Positions 58,146 through 64,000 of a DNA stretch of 64,000 nucleotides are shown here, piece by piece (position 1 is the first letter of the stretch; every line of letters starts with the position of its first letter). Location of the stretch: NCBI RefSeq assembly GCF_009914755.1, contig NC_060932.1; one strand, given 5' to 3'. The translations under genes were made by a program, and so were the position numbers. The notes below the pieces were generated by a model. It was given only the letters and a program-made list of their open reading frames with translations. It made no database searches and was not told where the DNA came from. This DNA is from the human T2T-CHM13v2.0 reference genome, Homo sapiens.

Positions 58146-60031
58146 AAATCAAGTATATAGTGATATATAATATACAACACAGAGTAAATATATTGCATAT
58201 ATTCTATATTAAATAGTTATATATAAATATAGTAATATTTTTAGTATCAGAAATATATATTCGCCTGTAAGGATTTATATATATATATATTCCTTCTGCT
58301 TTGATCTTCACTATACATTCTAGGAACTCAGTGCAGCTCATATTGCCTCCTAACTCTCCAAGTTTATAATAGAAAGAACATAAACTTAAGTTATTATATT
58401 TATTCATGTTATGATTCCCCAGAAATTGCCATAATATTATATGTGAAGGAATAAATGCCTTTTCTCTCAATTGCATAAGGTTTGTGATTTGGGGTTATAA
58501 GTTACTAGCTTGGCTTATATAGTAGCTTATAAAACAGAATCATGAAGACCAGAGTCTCCACAAATTACAGGATGCTAATACTCTTCAAACAATGAAGTAC
58601 TTGGAAGTATACATTGTTTGCCCTGGTTGAAAATATCTAATAGATGTTGTTTATAGAATATCAGGGCTACATATTCAGGTAAAATGTTTGTGTCAAGTGG
58701 AATGTATGTGACTGCAACAGAGCTTGGGTGCTACTGAAGTTCTTCATTTCCTACTTATGTCCCTGAAATATTTGTTTTTTCTTCCTGAAAAGCATACAAA
58801 GGGTCCAAATAGATAGATAATAGGTACTTATTAGACAAAGACTTAGACCCATGTGGATATTCTAAATTGATTTCAGTAAACAATAAGAAATTAAATTTGT
58901 TAGTACATTTTATTACCCTCTGAATATTCCTCAGAATCATTCACTCAGAGACAAAGGTAAATGTATTTAATGTATACCCACATTGGCATGAAACTGTACC
59001 CAAACTAACCAGTATGTAGATTATAAGTAAAAGGTAAAAGTTATTAATGAATATATATGTTTTATAATAAAAGACTATAAATGATCTCAGAATAATAATG
59101 TTCGTCTCATTTAATTATGTACATTTGAAAATAAGGCTTTAAGAATAATACAATTTCTAATTTACGGTCTGTCCTGATTTACAAAAAAATTGTTCAAAAT
59201 GATTTATGAGCATGCTTCATATGTAAAGACAAATCCTATATATCTGATGTAGACCTAAATTTCAAAATGCTATCTTGTGCTAAATAGCAATAGATCACAC
59301 GGAAAATTCTACCTGGAAAGAAAAGACCAAGAGATAATACAGCTCTGTGGCTATAAGATGTGATGACTGAACTCATTTAATCAAAGTTTAAGTAAAAATA
59401 GTGTTTACAACTTAGATATATCTGATACCAGCAATGACTTCAGCAATATAGACAGAATAATATCAAGAATTTCAAATAATCATAGAACAGAAAGAGACCT
59501 TAAAAATTGTTTTGTTCCATCTCCTGTCAGGAAATTATGTATCATTGAAGCTATTTAACTTTACCTTTACCTTTACTTTTTTTTTTAGAATTGCCCCCAA
59601 TATCTTCTAAAATTTAATACAGAATGTAAAAATGCTTATTATCCATCAAATGTATCTGTTATGTTTTGAATTATTTTTAAACAACCATATAAAGGACTTT
59701 GGAAGAGACCAGCTGGAAATATATCTCATTTATTTTATGAATAAATATGAAAATTATCTTTAGTATGAAGTAAGTATTGTTTTGATACCATCTAATTTGT
59801 GGAATAAATTTCCACTCTAGTTCATTGGTGCTATCTTAAAAATCTTTTAATGGAAAGTTATAAAATATGAATAATTCAGTCACATACATCAGTAAGTTTT
59901 TTTATTCTGCAATTCTTCAAATGGAAATAAAATAATAATAAAAGGGTGATAAATTTTCACAAAGGTGTTGACTAAAAGTATATGTTTCAAATTCTGGATG
60001 ATTACATATTTAGCAAGGATGCATAAATTAA

Positions 60032-60862
<831 letters not shown>

Positions 60863-61979
60863 TTAGGAGATAATGAAACTATCTCCGTACCACTTTTTGG
60901 AAAATGACAGTTATTAAAAATATCCTCCTTTAAGGAATTTTTAAAAGACAGTAAAAGGATCACTGGATATTTATTTTTTGTAATCTATAGGATAAAACAT
61001 GGCAAGAAATTTAGCACCAAACAATCAGAGACAGAAAGTATTATGAAATGCTTACTATTAGAACAAAAATCAAAAACCCTTACACATTTTCTAGAAACTT
61101 GAGAAATTAGGGATTATTTCATTTAAAAATAATTAGAAATCAAAATGAAATACATGAAGTAACAGGTTAAAAAATAAATTTGGAAAAATAATTCCCTTAA
61201 AAAGAAATGGAAACAATATGGTATCAGAATTCTAATAGCTTACAAAGAAAAAGGCTTTCTGATTATAAAGGTAATTGTCAAATATTCTTTTTCATCACTA
61301 CATTTTAAACCTTCTCTGTCATTTGATATCTTTGGCATAGTTCTTATCTTTTCTGATGAATTTTATTTGTTTATAAGCAGTCTCATTTTCAGGTTTAAGA
61401 ATATATAATATCAATATAATGTAATATCAATACAATCTAATATAAAAATTTCAATCTCTCATGCTATTTAAAGTGCTTCCCACTTTGTTAAATTCCTACG
61501 CAATTCTCACCTACTCTCCCAGCTTAGGCCTGGTCTAGGCTCTGAAATTTTCAGGAAGAAATGTCAGCACAGATCATTTCTATCCTCTTTTATATTTCAC
61601 CTTTTCCCATACTCTCTACGCACTATTTCAGTCCTCCTGCAGAATCAGGATCAGAGGGGACATGTGATGAAAAAGACAAAATTGTATGTGGCTGACGCTA
61701 TTATTACTGTTCTTCAAGTCTCCTGGCAAGGCAACCTCTAGCTAACTTCTTAAATCTCCCCCATGCATTCCTTGGACAAGTCAAACAGCCTTTCTAATAA
61801 AAAAGGAAATCAGCCTTTCTGATTCCCTCTGGTAGGCAAATCTCTTTTAGAGATTCTCAAATTGCCTGTTGAATGACTCAGGCTTTGGTGTCCATGTTGT
61901 CCTTGGGAAAATGTTTGCACCTTTGCTTTGCATAACTAGGAACTGAAAATGCAAGATGCACCCACTGCAATCCTCTTCA

Positions 61980-64000
61980 TTTCTTTTTTAATTCTTTTTA
62001 TTTTAATTTTTTTCTATAAGTTATGGGAGTACAGGTGGTATTTGGTTACATGAGTAAGGTCTTTAGTGGTGATCTGTGAGATTTTGGTGCACCCATCACC
62101 TGAGCAGTATACACTGCTCCATATTTGTAGTCTTATTCCTCGCTCCCTCTCACTCTTCCCCCCAAGTCCCTAAAGACCATTGTATCATTCTTATGCCTTT
62201 GCATCCTCATAGCTTAGCTGCCATGTATCATTGAGTACATACCATGTTTGCTTTTCCATTCCTGAGTTACTTCACTTAGAATAATAGTCTCCAATCTCAT
62301 CTAGGTCACTGCAAATGCATTAATTCATTCCTTTTCATGGCTCAGCAGTATTCCTTTATATATGTATACTGCGGTTTCTTTACCCATTCTTTGACTGATG
62401 GGCATTTGGGTTGGTTCCACCATTTTGCAGTTGTGAATTGGGCTGCTGTAAACATGCGTGTGCAAGTATCTTTTTCGAATAATGACTTCTTTTCTTCTGG
62501 GTAGATACCCAGTAGTGGGATTGCTGGATCAAATGGTAGTTCTACTTTTACTTCTATAAGGAATCTCCACACTGTTTTCCATAGTGGCTGTACTAGTTTA
62601 CATTCCTACCAGCAGTGTAGAAGTATTCCCTGATCACCACATTCATACCAATACCTGTTGTTTTATTTTTTTTTTTATTATGGCCATTCTTGCAGGAGTA
62701 AGGTGGTATTGTATTATGGTTTTGACTTGCATTTCCCTGATCATTAGTGATGTTGAGGATTTTTTCATATGTTTGTTGGCCATTTGTATATCTTCTTTTG
62801 AGAATTGTCTATTAATGTCCTTAGCCTACTTTTTGATGGGATTTTTTTTTCTTACTGATTTGAGTTTGTTGTAGATTCTGGATATCAGTCCTTTGTCAGA
62901 TATATAGATTGGGAAGATTTTCTCCTACTCTGTGGGTTGTCTGTTTACTCTGCTGACTATTCCTTTTGCCATGCAAAAGCTCTTTAGTTTAATTCGGTCC
63001 GAACTATTTATCTTTGCTTTTATTCCATTTGCTTTTGGGTTTTTGGTCATGAAATACTTGCCTAAGCCAATTTTTGGAAGGGTTTTCCCAATATTATCTT
63101 CTAGAATTTATATAGCTTCATGTCCTAGATTTAAGTCCTTGATCCATCTTGAGTTGATTTTGTATAAGGTGAGAGATGAGGATCCAGTTTCATTCTCCTA
63201 CATGTGACTAGCCAATTACCCAGCACCATTTGTTGAATAGGGTGTCTTTTCCCCACTTTATGTTTTTGTTTGCTTGTTAATGATCAGTTGGCTGTAAGTA
63301 TTTGGGTTTATTTCTGGGTTCTCTATTCTGTCCCATTGGTCTATATGCCTATTTTTATACCAGTGCCACACTGTTTTGGTGACTATGGCCTTATAGTACA
63401 GCGTGAAATCAGGTAGCGTGATGCCTTCAGATTTGTTCTTTTTGCTTAGTCTTGCTTTAGCTATGCGGGCTTTTTCTTTTTTCTCTGTCTCATTTTTTTT
63501 TTTTGGTTCCATATGAATTTTAGAATTGTTTTTTTCTAATTCTGTGAGGAATGATAGTGGTATTTTGATGGGGATTGCATTGAATTTGTAGATTGATTTT
63601 GGCAGTATGGTCATTTTCACAACATTGATTCTACCCATCCATGAGCATGGGATGTGTTTCCATTTGTTTGTGTTGCCTATGATTTCTTTCAGCAGTGTTT
63701 TGTAGTTTTGCTTGTAGAGGCGTTTTGACTCCTTGGTTAGGTATATTCCTAAGTCTTTTTTTTTTTTTTTTTTTTTTTTTTGCAACTATTTTAAAAGGGG
63801 TTGAGTTCTTGATTTGATTCTCTGCTTAGTCGCTCTTGGTGTATAGAAGAGCTACTGATTTGTGTACAATAATCTTGTATCCAGAAACTTTGCTGAATTC
63901 TTTTATCAGTTCTAGGATCTTTCTGCAGGAATCTTTAGGGTTTTCCAGGTAAACTATCATATTGTCAGCAGTGACAGTTTGACTTCCTCTTTACCGAATT
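61980..64000 (-). mobile_element. L1PB1-like 3' portion (3' UTR and ORF2 C-terminus), continuing beyond the window
   Basis: 'ttatgggagtacaggtggtatttggttacatgagtaag...'; ORF-track peptides '[14 protein letters not shown]...' and '[15 protein letters not shown]' are L1 ORF2. Confidence 0.93.

Noticed and set aside
62342-63785. ORFs with clear protein similarity (KWKHIPCSW..., [15 protein letters not shown])
   Set aside because: Frameshifted L1 ORF2 fragments of a dead L1PB; not a functional reverse-transcriptase system.

Overview
AT-rich primate genomic DNA, very probably human because it carries a near-consensus AluYa5. It looks like a gene desert or a very large intron. I find no supportable protein-coding gene, RNA gene, CRISPR array or processed pseudogene. 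The ORF track is explained by Alu, L1 and LTR12 sequence or by chance. Much of the window is layered transposable elements: ancient L2, MIR, CR1, HAL1 and L1M; DNA transposons (MER5A, MER63A, MER2, Tigger3b); solo LTRs (LTR8, THE1, MER54-like, MLT1, LTR16-like, LTR12, LOR1-like); about 12 Alu/FLAM copies; and primate L1PA/L1PB pieces. The most notable items are an LTR12 solo LTR with an intact-looking CCAAT/TATA-like promoter pointing into a long L1M relic, a complex twin-primed L1 insertion whose target-site duplication (TSD) occurs three times, an AluY carrying the Yd-type 12-bp deletion, a very young AluYa5, a close inverted Alu pair, and two candidate + strand micro-exons in unique sequence. 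I see no evidence for a novel biological system. Subfamily calls come from recalled consensus sequences and need RepeatMasker/Dfam confirmation, and boundaries of old elements are approximate.
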